DNA from: a virus
Direction: 5' to 3' (one strand)
Virus record (IMG/VR): IMGVR_UViG_3300027804_000046
Coordinates: 72,550-136,549 of that record
Length of the DNA stretch: 64,000 nucleotides
The notes under the pieces are model-generated. The model was not told the DNA's origin. It ran no database searches and saw only the letters and a program-made list of their open reading frames with translations. Both the position numbers and the translations under genes were made by a program. Positions 27,790 to 36,651 of this stretch are shown piece after piece. Position 1 is the first letter of the stretch. The number at the start of each line of letters is the position of its first letter.

Positions 27790-27877
27790 GGAAGGTTGGT
27801 AGAGTGGTCTATTGCACTCGCCTTGAAAGCGAGAGGTCCGAAAGGATCCGTGGGTTCGAATCCTACACCTTCCGCCA
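27790..27877 (+). tRNA. tRNA-Ser(TGA)
   Basis: CTCGC-CTTGAAA-GCGAG; long variable arm; GCCA. Confidence 0.93.
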
Positions 27878-27894
27878 CTCAAAAGGAAAACGTT

Positions 27895-28395
27895 ATGATT
27901 AGAAAGCAACTAAACATCGAAGAAGTCAAGGCATTCATCAATGCACAAACACCTGAAACAAAGGTGTATCTAGGCGGCGACTCTGAACGTTTCCAGATTG
28001 ACGGTGTTTGGTATGCAGACTACATCAACGTTGTTGTTGTCCATAAGAATGGAAAGAACGGTTGTAAGGTGTTTGGTGGAATTGTTCGTGAAAGGGACTA
28101 TGATCAGCAAAAGGATCGTCCACGTATGCGTCTTATGAATGAAGTCATGAAGACCGCTTCCCTTTATATGGAATTGCATGATGTATTGGAAGACCGTGAG
28201 GTTGAAATTCATCTTGACATTAACCCAAATAAAGAGTATGGTAGTTCTTGTGTGATCAACGAAGCAGTTGGATATATTCGCGGTATGTGTAACATTGTAC
28301 CACTTGTAAAGCCAAATGCATGGGCAGCATCTTACTGTGCTGACCGTTACAAGGATGCAATTCAACATTTGCCTAAGGAAGATAAGGTAGCATGA
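27895..28395 (+). CDS. RNase H-like YkuK (DUF458) family protein
   Basis: KVYLGGDS, RLMNEV, EIHLDIN, KPNAWAASYCAD. Confidence 0.8.
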   Translation: MIRKQLNIEEVKAFINAQTPETKVYLGGDSERFQIDGVWYADYINVVVVHKNGKNGCKVFGGIVRERDYDQQKDRPRMRLMNEVMKTASLYMELHDVLEDREVEIHLDINPNKEYGSSCVINEAVGYIRGMCNIVPLVKPNAWAASYCADRYKDAIQHLPKEDKVA

Positions 28396-28808
28396 AGAAG
28401 ATTTTCGTTATGATGGCGGCTCTGGTTGCAATGACTGGAGTTGCTAAAGCCGAAGATGTAATCATCACGGTCGATGTCTCGGATCAAATCATGTTAGTAG
28501 AAACACCAACGGACTATTATGAGTGGAATGTTTCTACTGGGCGAAAGGGATACAATACTCCTCGCGGTGTATTTCAGCCGTATCATATGACCAAGATGCA
28601 CTATTCTCGCAAGTATGATAATGCGCCGATGCCAAACTCTATCTTCTTCCTTGACGGATATGCAATACATGCAACGGATGCAATAAACAACTTAGGGCGC
28701 CCAGCATCTCACGGCTGCATCCGTCTGCACCCGCAGAATGCAAAGTGGCTATATAGAATTGTCAGCGAGTACGGTAAGGAAAACACGACGATTATTATAC
28801 AGAATTAG
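28392..28808 (+). CDS. L,D-transpeptidase (YkuD family) with signal peptide
   Basis: VSTGR, YDNAPMP, AIHAT, ASHGCIRL. Confidence 0.9.
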   Translation: MKKIFVMMAALVAMTGVAKAEDVIITVDVSDQIMLVETPTDYYEWNVSTGRKGYNTPRGVFQPYHMTKMHYSRKYDNAPMPNSIFFLDGYAIHATDAINNLGRPASHGCIRLHPQNAKWLYRIVSEYGKENTTIIIQN

Positions 28809-28898
28809 GACAGATGGCCGAGCGGCCGAAGGCACCTCACTGCTAACGAGGCATACCCTAATAAGGTATCGTGGGTTCAAATCCCACTCTGTCCGCCA
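28808..28898 (+). tRNA. tRNA-Ser(GCT)
   Basis: CCTC(A)-CTGCTAA-(C)GAGG; long variable arm; GCCA. Confidence 0.92.
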
Positions 28899-28913
28899 AT
28901 ATAGGAGAAACAA

Positions 28914-29060
28914 ATGAGTAAAGACTGTGGTTGCGGTCGTAGTCCAGATGGCAAGTGTTGCGGTTGGCATAACTTGACAAATGAACAATATGATGCTAAG
29001 AAGAAAGAATATGAAAATAAGCAATTGAACGAATCAGCACCTCAATTGTTGAAAGGTTGA
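28914..29060 (+). CDS. Small CDGSH-like Fe-S/Zn peptide
   Basis: MSKDCGCGRSPDGKCCGWH; GGAG RBS. Confidence 0.6.
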   Translation: MSKDCGCGRSPDGKCCGWHNLTNEQYDAKKKEYENKQLNESAPQLLKG

Positions 29061-29061
29061 A

Positions 29062-29751
29062 ATGGAAAAAACTACTTACTGTTTTGATGTTGATGGTACA
29101 CTGACTCCTAGTCGTTCTCTAATGGACGAAGAGTTTCGCAAAGAATTTGTTGAGTTTGCAAATAAGCATGATGTATGTCTTGTTACAGGCTCAGATTATC
29201 CAAAGACATTAGAACAAGTAGGTCAAGAAGTTATTGATTCGTGTTCGTTTATATTCAATTGCTGCGGCAATGAAGTTCGTTCAAAAGACAAAGTTAGATA
29301 TCAGTCTACGTGGAAAGCGGGCGGTATCTTGTTCATGACTTTGGAATATGAAAAGCGCAAGAGTGGCTTTAACATTCGTACTGGCAAACATTCTGAGATG
29401 AGAACAGGAATGGTCAATTTCTCAGTCGTTGGTCGTAATGCAGACAAAGCACAAAGAGCCTTGTATGTCGAATGGGACAATGCAACAAATGAACGAGTGC
29501 AAATTGCGGAACGTATCAGAAAACTATTTCCTGAACTAGATTGTACTATTGCTGGTGAGACTGGACTTGATATCTATCCAAAAGGAAAAGATAAGTCTCA
29601 AGTGAAGGATTGGATAGAAAACAAACTGGTATTTTTTGGCGACAAATGCGAGAAAGGCGGAAACGATTATCCTCTTGCAAAAGTGGCCGATGTAGTGTAT
29701 AATGTAAAAAATTGGGAAGAGACAAGAAAAATTCTGGCTGCCTTGGTATAG
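29062..29751 (+). CDS. Phosphomannomutase (HAD-IIB, eukaryotic-type)
   Basis: FDVDGTLT, VTGSD, NFSVVGRNA, FFGDKCEKGGNDY. Confidence 0.88.
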   Translation: MEKTTYCFDVDGTLTPSRSLMDEEFRKEFVEFANKHDVCLVTGSDYPKTLEQVGQEVIDSCSFIFNCCGNEVRSKDKVRYQSTWKAGGILFMTLEYEKRKSGFNIRTGKHSEMRTGMVNFSVVGRNADKAQRALYVEWDNATNERVQIAERIRKLFPELDCTIAGETGLDIYPKGKDKSQVKDWIENKLVFFGDKCEKGGNDYPLAKVADVVYNVKNWEETRKILAALV

Positions 29752-29812
29752 CTGGTGCGTACATACGCCTGAAGAGCGTGGGGACTCTGTTCGATTCAGA
29801 GAGGCAGCACCA
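29737..29812 (+). tRNA. tRNA-Phe(GAA)
   Basis: TACGC-CTGAAGA-GCGTG; CCA. Confidence 0.9.
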
Positions 29813-29817
29813 TTAAT

Positions 29818-29893
29818 GCGTCTTGGGAGGTGTTGGCAATCTCATCGGTCTCATAAGCCGAACAACCCAGTTCGAAACTTGGAAGACGCACCA
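29818..29893 (+). tRNA. tRNA-Met(CAT)
   Basis: TCGGT-CTCATAA-GCCGA; CCA. Confidence 0.82.
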
Positions 29894-29896
29894 ATC

Positions 29897-29971
29897 GCGG
29901 GTATAGCACAGGGGTAGTGCGTCTGCTTGCCAAGCAGAAGGTCATGGGTTCGATCCCCATTGCCCGCTCCA
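29897..29971 (+). tRNA. tRNA-Gly(GCC)
   Basis: TCTGC-TTGCCAA-GCAGA; CCA. Confidence 0.92.
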
Positions 29972-30017
29972 ATTTATAAATAATGAAAGACCAATCACGG
30001 TCTAATGAGGTAATAAC

Positions 30018-30191
30018 ATGCTAAACACAATTGTAGTTCTTATTCTAGTTGCAGCCGTTCTTTGGGTAGGCTGGGAACTTTGGCAGAATGGTTGGGATGT
30101 AAAGAAGGCAATCGGCGCCGTTGTGGCCGCTGGTGCTGCATGGTGGGTTTGGGCTCACGATGCTGTGACTTCACTTACGTCAGGACTTTGA
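30018..30191 (+). CDS. Small two-TM membrane protein (late)
   Basis: TATAAATA at about 29976, GAGG RBS, hydrophobic 57 aa. Confidence 0.6.
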   Translation: MLNTIVVLILVAAVLWVGWELWQNGWDVKKAIGAVVAAGAAWWVWAHDAVTSLTSGL

Positions 30192-30236
30192 CATAAAGGC
30201 GCTGATCCGTCGCTTCTAATAACGGATCAATAATTC

Positions 30237-30311
30237 AGCCGATTAGTTCACTGGTAGAACACCTCGTTTACACCGAGGGTGTAGGGAGTTCGAATCTCTC
30301 ATCGGCTACCA
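30237..30311 (+). tRNA. tRNA-Val(TAC)
   Basis: CCTCG-TTTACAC-CGAGG; CCA. Confidence 0.92.
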
Positions 30312-30365
30312 TTAACGCTAGTCCAGAAAACTAGCGTATTATAAATACTCCATAAGGAGTATAAA

Positions 30366-30665
30366 ATGGCAAAAGCATATAATCCAGTAAATAGATTTGG
30401 TCCTAGGAAATCAAACGACGAGATATTTGTTATCGATAGCACATATGCTAGACATAATCTTAAGCGTAGACTTTTGCAAGAAAACCTGCTACCATATAAA
30501 TGTTCGTCGTGTGGAATAGGCAATGTGTGGAATAACAAAGAACTAGTTCTTCAGTTAGATCATATAAATGGTAAGAATAACGATAATAGACTTGAAAACT
30601 TACGATTCATTTGTCCGAATTGTCACACACAAACGGAAACATTTAGTTGTAAGAAAAAAAGATAA
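30366..30665 (+). CDS. HNH endonuclease (paralog of 24293-24613)
   Basis: CSSC...LQLDHINGKNNDNRLENLRFICPNCH; late promoter TATAAATA at 30340. Confidence 0.9.
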   Translation: MAKAYNPVNRFGPRKSNDEIFVIDSTYARHNLKRRLLQENLLPYKCSSCGIGNVWNNKELVLQLDHINGKNNDNRLENLRFICPNCHTQTETFSCKKKR

Positions 30666-30749
30666 GCGGATATGGCGAAATGGCAGACGCACCAGTCTTA
30701 GGAACTGGCGGAGTAATCCATGGGGGTTCAAGTCCCTCTATCCGCACCA
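30666..30749 (+). tRNA. tRNA-Leu(TAG)
   Basis: CCAGT-CTTAGGA-ACTGG; variable arm; CCA. Confidence 0.93.
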
Positions 30750-30754
30750 ACTAT

Positions 30755-30828
30755 GCCTCTATAGTATAAAGGTAGTACACGGCTTTGGTAAAGCCGAGAC
30801 ACAGGATCGATACCTGTTAGAGGCACCA
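30755..30828 (+). tRNA. tRNA-Thr(GGT)
   Basis: CGGCT-TTGGTAA-AGCCG; variant T-loop ATCGATA; CCA. Confidence 0.85.
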
Positions 30829-30843
30829 GATAAATAATCAAAT

Positions 30844-30930
30844 GCTGGCTTGGCTGAACGGCTGAAGGCAACGGTTTTGTAATCCGTCGGAGTAATCCCA
30901 TTGCAGGTTCGAATCCTGTGGCCAGCACCA
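30844..30930 (+). tRNA. tRNA-Thr(TGT) with long variable arm
   Basis: ACGG(T)-TTTGTAA-(T)CCGT; GGA-GTAA-TCC variable arm; CCA. Confidence 0.82.
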
Positions 30931-30947
30931 TTTCTTGTGAGCAAACT

Positions 30948-31637
30948 ATGATATATGATGGAATATTTTTTGTTAATCATGCACTGAAAGTCAATCAACT
31001 TTCAGTATATAATGAAGAAGAGCGTTTCAATCAGACTATCGAAACAATCGATTCTATTAACAAGTATTGCCCGAACAATCAAGTATTCATTTTCGATTCT
31101 TCTCCAGAACGTCCCAATGTAGAATACTTCCAGGAACTTAGCGATAGAGGCGTAATTGTCTTTTACACTGGTGATGAATCAGATGTTAAGAGATTTTCTC
31201 AGTTGGGCCAGCGAAGCATCGCAGAATGCATCACGTTTCTGTATTTCCTCAACTGGTTTCAAAAGCAAGACTTCAAATCAAAACGCATCTATAAACTCTC
31301 TGGTCGTTACAGACTGAACGACAACTTTATTGTTGATAGAGAAGATTTCAAAGATGCTTTTGTATTTGCAACGGCTCTTGATTCGTGGATGCCTAAGCAC
31401 AGACAAGATAGTATTGGAGCGCATAAACTATTCCGTCTTCGTTGCTGGCACATGGACTACACTCTGCTTGACACCTTTCAACTAAATCTTTCCAAAATAC
31501 TTCAAGACTGTGCTACACACGGAATAGATGTTGAGCATTCTTACTATAAAAACTTGCATACATATAAGACGATTGAACTTGACAAAATTGGTGTATGTGG
31601 TAATATAGCACCAAGTGGAGATTACATTGATGAGTAA
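30948..31637 (+). CDS. Hypothetical protein (glycosyltransferase-like)
   Basis: RIYKLSGRY, IDVEHS motifs; in sugar cluster. Confidence 0.55.
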   Translation: MIYDGIFFVNHALKVNQLSVYNEEERFNQTIETIDSINKYCPNNQVFIFDSSPERPNVEYFQELSDRGVIVFYTGDESDVKRFSQLGQRSIAECITFLYFLNWFQKQDFKSKRIYKLSGRYRLNDNFIVDREDFKDAFVFATALDSWMPKHRQDSIGAHKLFRLRCWHMDYTLLDTFQLNLSKILQDCATHGIDVEHSYYKNLHTYKTIELDKIGVCGNIAPSGDYIDE

Positions 31638-32655
31638 AACGGTATTGATTACAGGCGGTGCAGGCTTTATTGCACATCATGTTGTGGACTTGTTTCTGCA
31701 AAAGACAGATTGGAATATCATCACGCTAGACAGGCTTGATTATTCTGGCAATCTTAATCGACTACATGAAGTTATTGATCCATATCCCTACGAAATACAA
31801 AAGCGCGTTCGGACAGTCTTTCATGATTTGAAGGCTGAACTGAATCCTCTTGTGCAAAACTTTATTGGCAAGGTAGATATCATTCTACACTTGGCCGCAG
31901 CATCACACGTAGATAGGTCAATCACACATCCTCTTGAGTTCATCACAGATAACATCATGGGCACGGCCAATCTGCTGGAATATGCCCGCAAGTTGGATCA
32001 TCTAGAAATGTTTCTGTATTTCAGCACCGATGAAATCTTTGGTGTTGCGCCTCCTGGTGTCGCTTACAAGGAACGTGATCGCTATAACTCGACCAATCCA
32101 TATTCAGCATCAAAGGCTGGTGCAGAAGAACTGTGTGTTGCCTATGAAAACACATACAAGATGCCTATGATGATCACTCACACTATGAATGTGTTTGGTG
32201 AACGTCAGACACCAGAAAAGTTTATTCCACTTTGCATCAAAAAGGTCTTGCATGACGAGACTGTGACCATTCATGCTGATGCAACAAAGACAAAGGCAGG
32301 TTCGCGCTTCTACGTACATGCGCGTGATGTGGCTGATGCTCTGCTGTTCCTTTTGCAGAACAATCCTCAGCTTAAACCTGATTATGGTCTAGCAAAGTGT
32401 CGCAAGTTTAATATCGTTGGCAAAGAAGAAGTAGACAATCTATCTCTCGCTAAGATGATTGCATCTGCTCAAGGTAAGGAACTAAAATATGAAATGGTTG
32501 ACTTCCATACATCCAGACCAGGGCATGATTTACGTTATGCTTTATCCGGTGATCTTATGCGTTCTCTCGGCTGGGAACCTCGCGTGGCTCTTAGTGATAG
32601 AATTAAAGAAGTTTCTGATTGGTATGTAAATAACACCAAGTGGTTAGGAATGTAA
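31630..32655 (+). CDS. rmlB: dTDP-glucose 4,6-dehydratase
   Basis: TGGAGFI, HLAAASHVDRSI, STDE, YSASK, RPGHDLRY. Confidence 0.9.
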   Translation: MSKTVLITGGAGFIAHHVVDLFLQKTDWNIITLDRLDYSGNLNRLHEVIDPYPYEIQKRVRTVFHDLKAELNPLVQNFIGKVDIILHLAAASHVDRSITHPLEFITDNIMGTANLLEYARKLDHLEMFLYFSTDEIFGVAPPGVAYKERDRYNSTNPYSASKAGAEELCVAYENTYKMPMMITHTMNVFGERQTPEKFIPLCIKKVLHDETVTIHADATKTKAGSRFYVHARDVADALLFLLQNNPQLKPDYGLAKCRKFNIVGKEEVDNLSLAKMIASAQGKELKYEMVDFHTSRPGHDLRYALSGDLMRSLGWEPRVALSDRIKEVSDWYVNNTKWLGM

Positions 32656-32656
32656 G

Positions 32657-33865
32657 ATGGAAAACTGTGTAGAAATCAAAGAATGTATTGCTTGTGGTGG
32701 CACACATCTAGAACCTTTACTCGACTTAGGTGTTCAACCACTGGCTAACTCGTTTCTAAAGAGTCCGACAGATTCAGAAGACAAGTTTCCTCTTGCGACA
32801 AACTATTGCTCATATTGTTATCATGTACAGTTGACACACAAGGTCAATCCTGACTTGCTGTTCAAGAACTATCTGTATGTGTCTGGTACGGCTAAGACTC
32901 AGTTAGATTACTTTGATTGGTTCGCTAAGTTTGTTATAGAAAATCATAAAGCCGAACGAGTATTAGACATTGGCTGTAATGATGGTTCACAACTTGATGC
33001 ATTTAAGAGATATGGCGTATTGACTTTCGGCGTTGATCCCGCAACCAATCTTCATGTAATTAGTTCGCGCAATCATCATGTTCATTGTGGTTACTTCGAT
33101 AAGAATTATCCAACAACTGATTTTGGTGCTGTAATCTGTCAGAATGCATTTGCTCATAACTATAATCAACTAGAGTTTCTAGAGAATATGGGAAAAGTTG
33201 TATCGCGTGATGGTTATATCTACATCACAGTTTCTCAGGCCGATATGATTGTAAATATGGAGTTTGACACAATATATCATGAACATCTTTCTTTCTATAA
33301 CATTCGCTCAATGAATGAACTGTGTAAGAGGGCAAGGTTGAACTTGATTGATGTTGTAAGACATCCAATTCACGGCACAAGTTATATCTTTATCATCTCA
33401 AAAACTAAAGCAAGACCTTCTTACATTCAACTTCTTATGGAAGAAGAAAAACTTAAAGGTCTGTATGATGAACATGTCTACAAAGAGTATGTCGAGAACA
33501 GCAAGGAAGTCATTAGTGAGTTTGCTTCTCATATTGAGGCCCTTCGTAAGACAATGAAGGTTATTGGCTATGGCGCACCAGCAAAAGGTAATACTCTGCT
33601 AAATGCTTCTAAGATTGAACTCGACTATATCGTTGATGATAATCCTATGAAGCAGGGACTCTACACACCAGGTATGCACATTCCTGTATATGGTTCAGAA
33701 GTCTTACAGAAAGAAAATCAAGACGTTGCATTTGTTCCTCTTGCATGGAATTTCTATGATGAAATACACAAGAAGATTAAAACACTCAGACCTGATAACA
33801 AGGACATGTTTCTAAGATATTTCCCATTTGTATATTGCGAGGGACTAAATAATGAATACGATTGA
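32657..33865 (+). CDS. NDP-sugar C-methyltransferase
   Basis: CxxC...LDLGVQPLAN, DIGCNDG, FDTIYHEH, GYGAPAKG, LAWNF. Confidence 0.88.
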   Translation: MENCVEIKECIACGGTHLEPLLDLGVQPLANSFLKSPTDSEDKFPLATNYCSYCYHVQLTHKVNPDLLFKNYLYVSGTAKTQLDYFDWFAKFVIENHKAERVLDIGCNDGSQLDAFKRYGVLTFGVDPATNLHVISSRNHHVHCGYFDKNYPTTDFGAVICQNAFAHNYNQLEFLENMGKVVSRDGYIYITVSQADMIVNMEFDTIYHEHLSFYNIRSMNELCKRARLNLIDVVRHPIHGTSYIFIISKTKARPSYIQLLMEEEKLKGLYDEHVYKEYVENSKEVISEFASHIEALRKTMKVIGYGAPAKGNTLLNASKIELDYIVDDNPMKQGLYTPGMHIPVYGSEVLQKENQDVAFVPLAWNFYDEIHKKIKTLRPDNKDMFLRYFPFVYCEGLNNEYD

Positions 33866-34520
33866 AAAACTTTTTGATGAAACCGAAAAGCCATCTACAA
33901 AGTGGTCTGGATACTTTGATGTATATGAAAAGCATCTTGGCAAGTTTGTAGGCAAAGCACCAAAGATTTTGGAGATTGGTGTTCTTGGCGGCGGTTCAAT
34001 AGAATTATGGCTGAAATACTTCGGAGAAGGAACTAAAGTCATAGGCGTAGACATTGATCCAAGATGTCTACAATACAAATATGATGGTGATGCGACTGTT
34101 GTTATGGGAGATCAAGGTTCGATTGAGTTCTGGGAAAGTTTAATGTCAGAACATAACGACTTTGATATCGTCATTGATGATGGTAGCCATGTCATGCACC
34201 ATCAAATCATTACACTTCAACAAACATTTCCGCATTTACGGGAGGGCGGAGTTTATATTTGCGAAGACACACATACGAGTTACTGGCCGAAATGGGGTGG
34301 AGAGTTTAGAAAAGATTCGTCTTTTCTTTCTTACTCACAGACTATAACTGACGTTGTGAATCAACAGCATTTTCAAAACAGGATTGATGAAACTGTGCTA
34401 AAGACATTTCATAATCTGTACTCCGTTTCGTTCTATAACAGTATGGTTGTCTTAGAAAAGGAGGCACTCAAGCCTTTCGTGATTAAGGATAATTCCAAAA
34501 TCACGTTCAAAATAGGATAA
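33852..34520 (+). CDS. Class I SAM-dependent methyltransferase
   Basis: [31 protein letters not shown]. Confidence 0.82.
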   Translation: MNTIEKLFDETEKPSTKWSGYFDVYEKHLGKFVGKAPKILEIGVLGGGSIELWLKYFGEGTKVIGVDIDPRCLQYKYDGDATVVMGDQGSIEFWESLMSEHNDFDIVIDDGSHVMHHQIITLQQTFPHLREGGVYICEDTHTSYWPKWGGEFRKDSSFLSYSQTITDVVNQQHFQNRIDETVLKTFHNLYSVSFYNSMVVLEKEALKPFVIKDNSKITFKIG

Positions 34521-34530
34521 GGAACCATAT

Positions 34531-34872
34531 ATGAAATCATTAGTAACTTTATTGGCTGGATTGATGTTATTCATCAGCCCAGTCGAAGCAAGTATTGCTT
34601 CATGGTACGACTGTGCAACACCTGGACAGTGCAGTAAGAGTAAAAGAACCGCCAATGGCGAGAAGTTTAACCCCAATGCGCTGACAGCAGCACACAGAAC
34701 ATTACCATTCGGCACAAAAGTTCGTGTCACATATAAAGGTAAATCTGTTATCGTTAGAATCAATGACCGCGGTCCGTTTATTAAGGGCCGTACGATTGAT
34801 TTATCAAGAGCCGCAGCCCGCGCAATAGGTTGTCATGGCGTTTGTAAAGTGGAGATTAAGGTGGTAGGATAA
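34531..34872 (+). CDS. rlpA: RlpA-like lytic transglycosylase (double-psi beta-barrel)
   Basis: [32 protein letters not shown]. Confidence 0.9.
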   Translation: MKSLVTLLAGLMLFISPVEASIASWYDCATPGQCSKSKRTANGEKFNPNALTAAHRTLPFGTKVRVTYKGKSVIVRINDRGPFIKGRTIDLSRAAARAIGCHGVCKVEIKVVG

Positions 34873-34903
34873 TAAATAGTCGTATCACTTATGGGAGACT
34901 AAA

Positions 34904-35347
34904 ATGGAAGAACTTCATAACGCACTAAAGATTGTTCTGGCCGATACATTTACCATGTATCTAAAGACACACTCTTTTCACTGGAACGTAATTGGACCTA
35001 ATTTTCCTCAGTATCACGACTTCTTCGGTGATCTATACGGAGAATTACATGGTGCAGTGGATCCTATTGCGGAACAGATTCGCGCTGTGAACTCTTTCGC
35101 TCCCAGTTCACTAGACAGAATCAAGGAACTTACAAGAATTGAGGAATCTGATACCATTCCGACAGCAGAAAGAATGTTTCAACTTCTAATCAATGATAAC
35201 AATATCATCCTTGATGCACTCAAACAAGCATACGATCTTGCAGATAAAGAAGGCGAACTTGGTCTTGCCAACTTCCTACAAGACCGTATGGATATTCACA
35301 AGAAGCACGGTTGGATGCTTCGTGCTACAGCAGGTATGAAGTCCTAA
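34904..35347 (+). CDS. dps: Dps ferritin-like DNA-protection protein
   Basis: HSFHWNVIGPNFPQYHDFF, DPIAEQIR, HKKHGWML. Confidence 0.92.
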   Translation: MEELHNALKIVLADTFTMYLKTHSFHWNVIGPNFPQYHDFFGDLYGELHGAVDPIAEQIRAVNSFAPSSLDRIKELTRIEESDTIPTAERMFQLLINDNNIILDALKQAYDLADKEGELGLANFLQDRMDIHKKHGWMLRATAGMKS

Positions 35348-36612
35348 ACTCTAGGCAATATGCCTTCTGAGATAGGCATCCATCCTTTACTCTCACTATG
35401 AGGCCATACAATCCATTTGTATGGCTTCTTTTTTGTTTCAAACTCTCTCCAGATATTATGAAACTCGCTAGTATTCTCTATATCGTTAATAAGTCTTTCA
35501 ATTTCATGTTTATCTGCATCTTGTCTATAGAGTTCGTTATCGTCTTCATCCTTAAAAGCGATAACCCAGAAATCATAGTCTGTTTCAGGAACAGAACCTT
35601 TCCATAAATCTATACAATGTCTAAAGACATTCTTGAAGGACTTTTCATATGCATTTGCATTTCTGTATAGAGGATTGGGAGGATCAAACTTTTCTAAGGT
35701 ATACTTTTGAACCGCACGGTCAGAAAATCTGATTCCAGAATACTCAACATAGTCGTTCAGAGTTCTGGCATTTCCAAAACCATATTTGCCAAAATCATAA
35801 TCTGCAAAGTCATCGTCAACACCAAGTAGTTGCTTAACTCTCTTTAGAGACTTATTGTTAAGGTCTATCCACTTCTTATTCTCGTCCCAATGTCTGATAC
35901 GACCCTTGCGAGTGTACTCATGCCAGCAAACAATTTGATTTGGAATAAACAAGTCATAACCAGCTGTATATGCACGAACAGCCATGGAAATTTCTTCACC
36001 ATGGAAATACAGATTAGGATCATAGGGAACATCTCTGATAAACTGTCCAAAAGTAAAGACAAAGTGAGCAGAGAAAAATCTAGTCGGAATAGGCAAAGAG
36101 TATTGTTCAACGTTTTCTAGATTAGCAGGAAGCATGAATATGACACCCTCAGGTGTAAATCTGTCGAAGTCTAGCTTCCATACTTCTTTCACTCTAGCAG
36201 CAGGATCATTTTCAGGATCATACGATGGAACATATGCAGTAAGAAGCGGTTTTTCATGACCTGCTTCAATCAAGTCATTAATCATTTTCTTACACTTGGT
36301 ATCCCAACCACGAACAAATCTATGATGACTATCTAACTGTAGAGTATACTTTTCGCCATCATATGCTTCATTCAAAAGATGTCTGGCCCAGCATGTGCCA
36401 AGACCTTCTTTGTAGTCTATATCAATAACTTTAAATCTAGGGTCAGTTGCATACTCTTCTAGTGTATCCCATTCGTCTTCCTTGGATCTTTGCCATGCTA
36501 TAGCAAAAACTAAGTTTTCAGGATTGTCGGCTCTTTTGATACAATCTCGGATTGTTGGAAGAAGTTCAGGATCACGATATGCAGCAATTTGAACAAAGAT
36601 TTTATCAGACAT
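35344..36612 (-). CDS. GlcNAc-transferase (GT60/PF11397, Skp1-hydroxyproline GlcNAcT-like)
   Basis: IFVQIAAYRD, WARH, LQLDSHHRF, GWD, FHGEE, WHEY. Confidence 0.8.
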   Translation of the reverse strand: MSDKIFVQIAAYRDPELLPTIRDCIKRADNPENLVFAIAWQRSKEDEWDTLEEYATDPRFKVIDIDYKEGLGTCWARHLLNEAYDGEKYTLQLDSHHRFVRGWDTKCKKMINDLIEAGHEKPLLTAYVPSYDPENDPAARVKEVWKLDFDRFTPEGVIFMLPANLENVEQYSLPIPTRFFSAHFVFTFGQFIRDVPYDPNLYFHGEEISMAVRAYTAGYDLFIPNQIVCWHEYTRKGRIRHWDENKKWIDLNNKSLKRVKQLLGVDDDFADYDFGKYGFGNARTLNDYVEYSGIRFSDRAVQKYTLEKFDPPNPLYRNANAYEKSFKNVFRHCIDLWKGSVPETDYDFWVIAFKDEDDNELYRQDADKHEIERLINDIENTSEFHNIWREFETKKKPYKWIVWPHSESKGWMPISEGILPRV

Positions 36613-36651
36613 TATATACTCCATGATAATATATAAGTATATAGTCATTTT

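Noticed and set aside
22760-31000. ORF-track entries overlapping tRNAs (e.g. 23397, 23779, 23813, 25170, 27023, 30568, 30728)
   Set aside because: They are translations of tRNA or ncRNA sequence without RBS.
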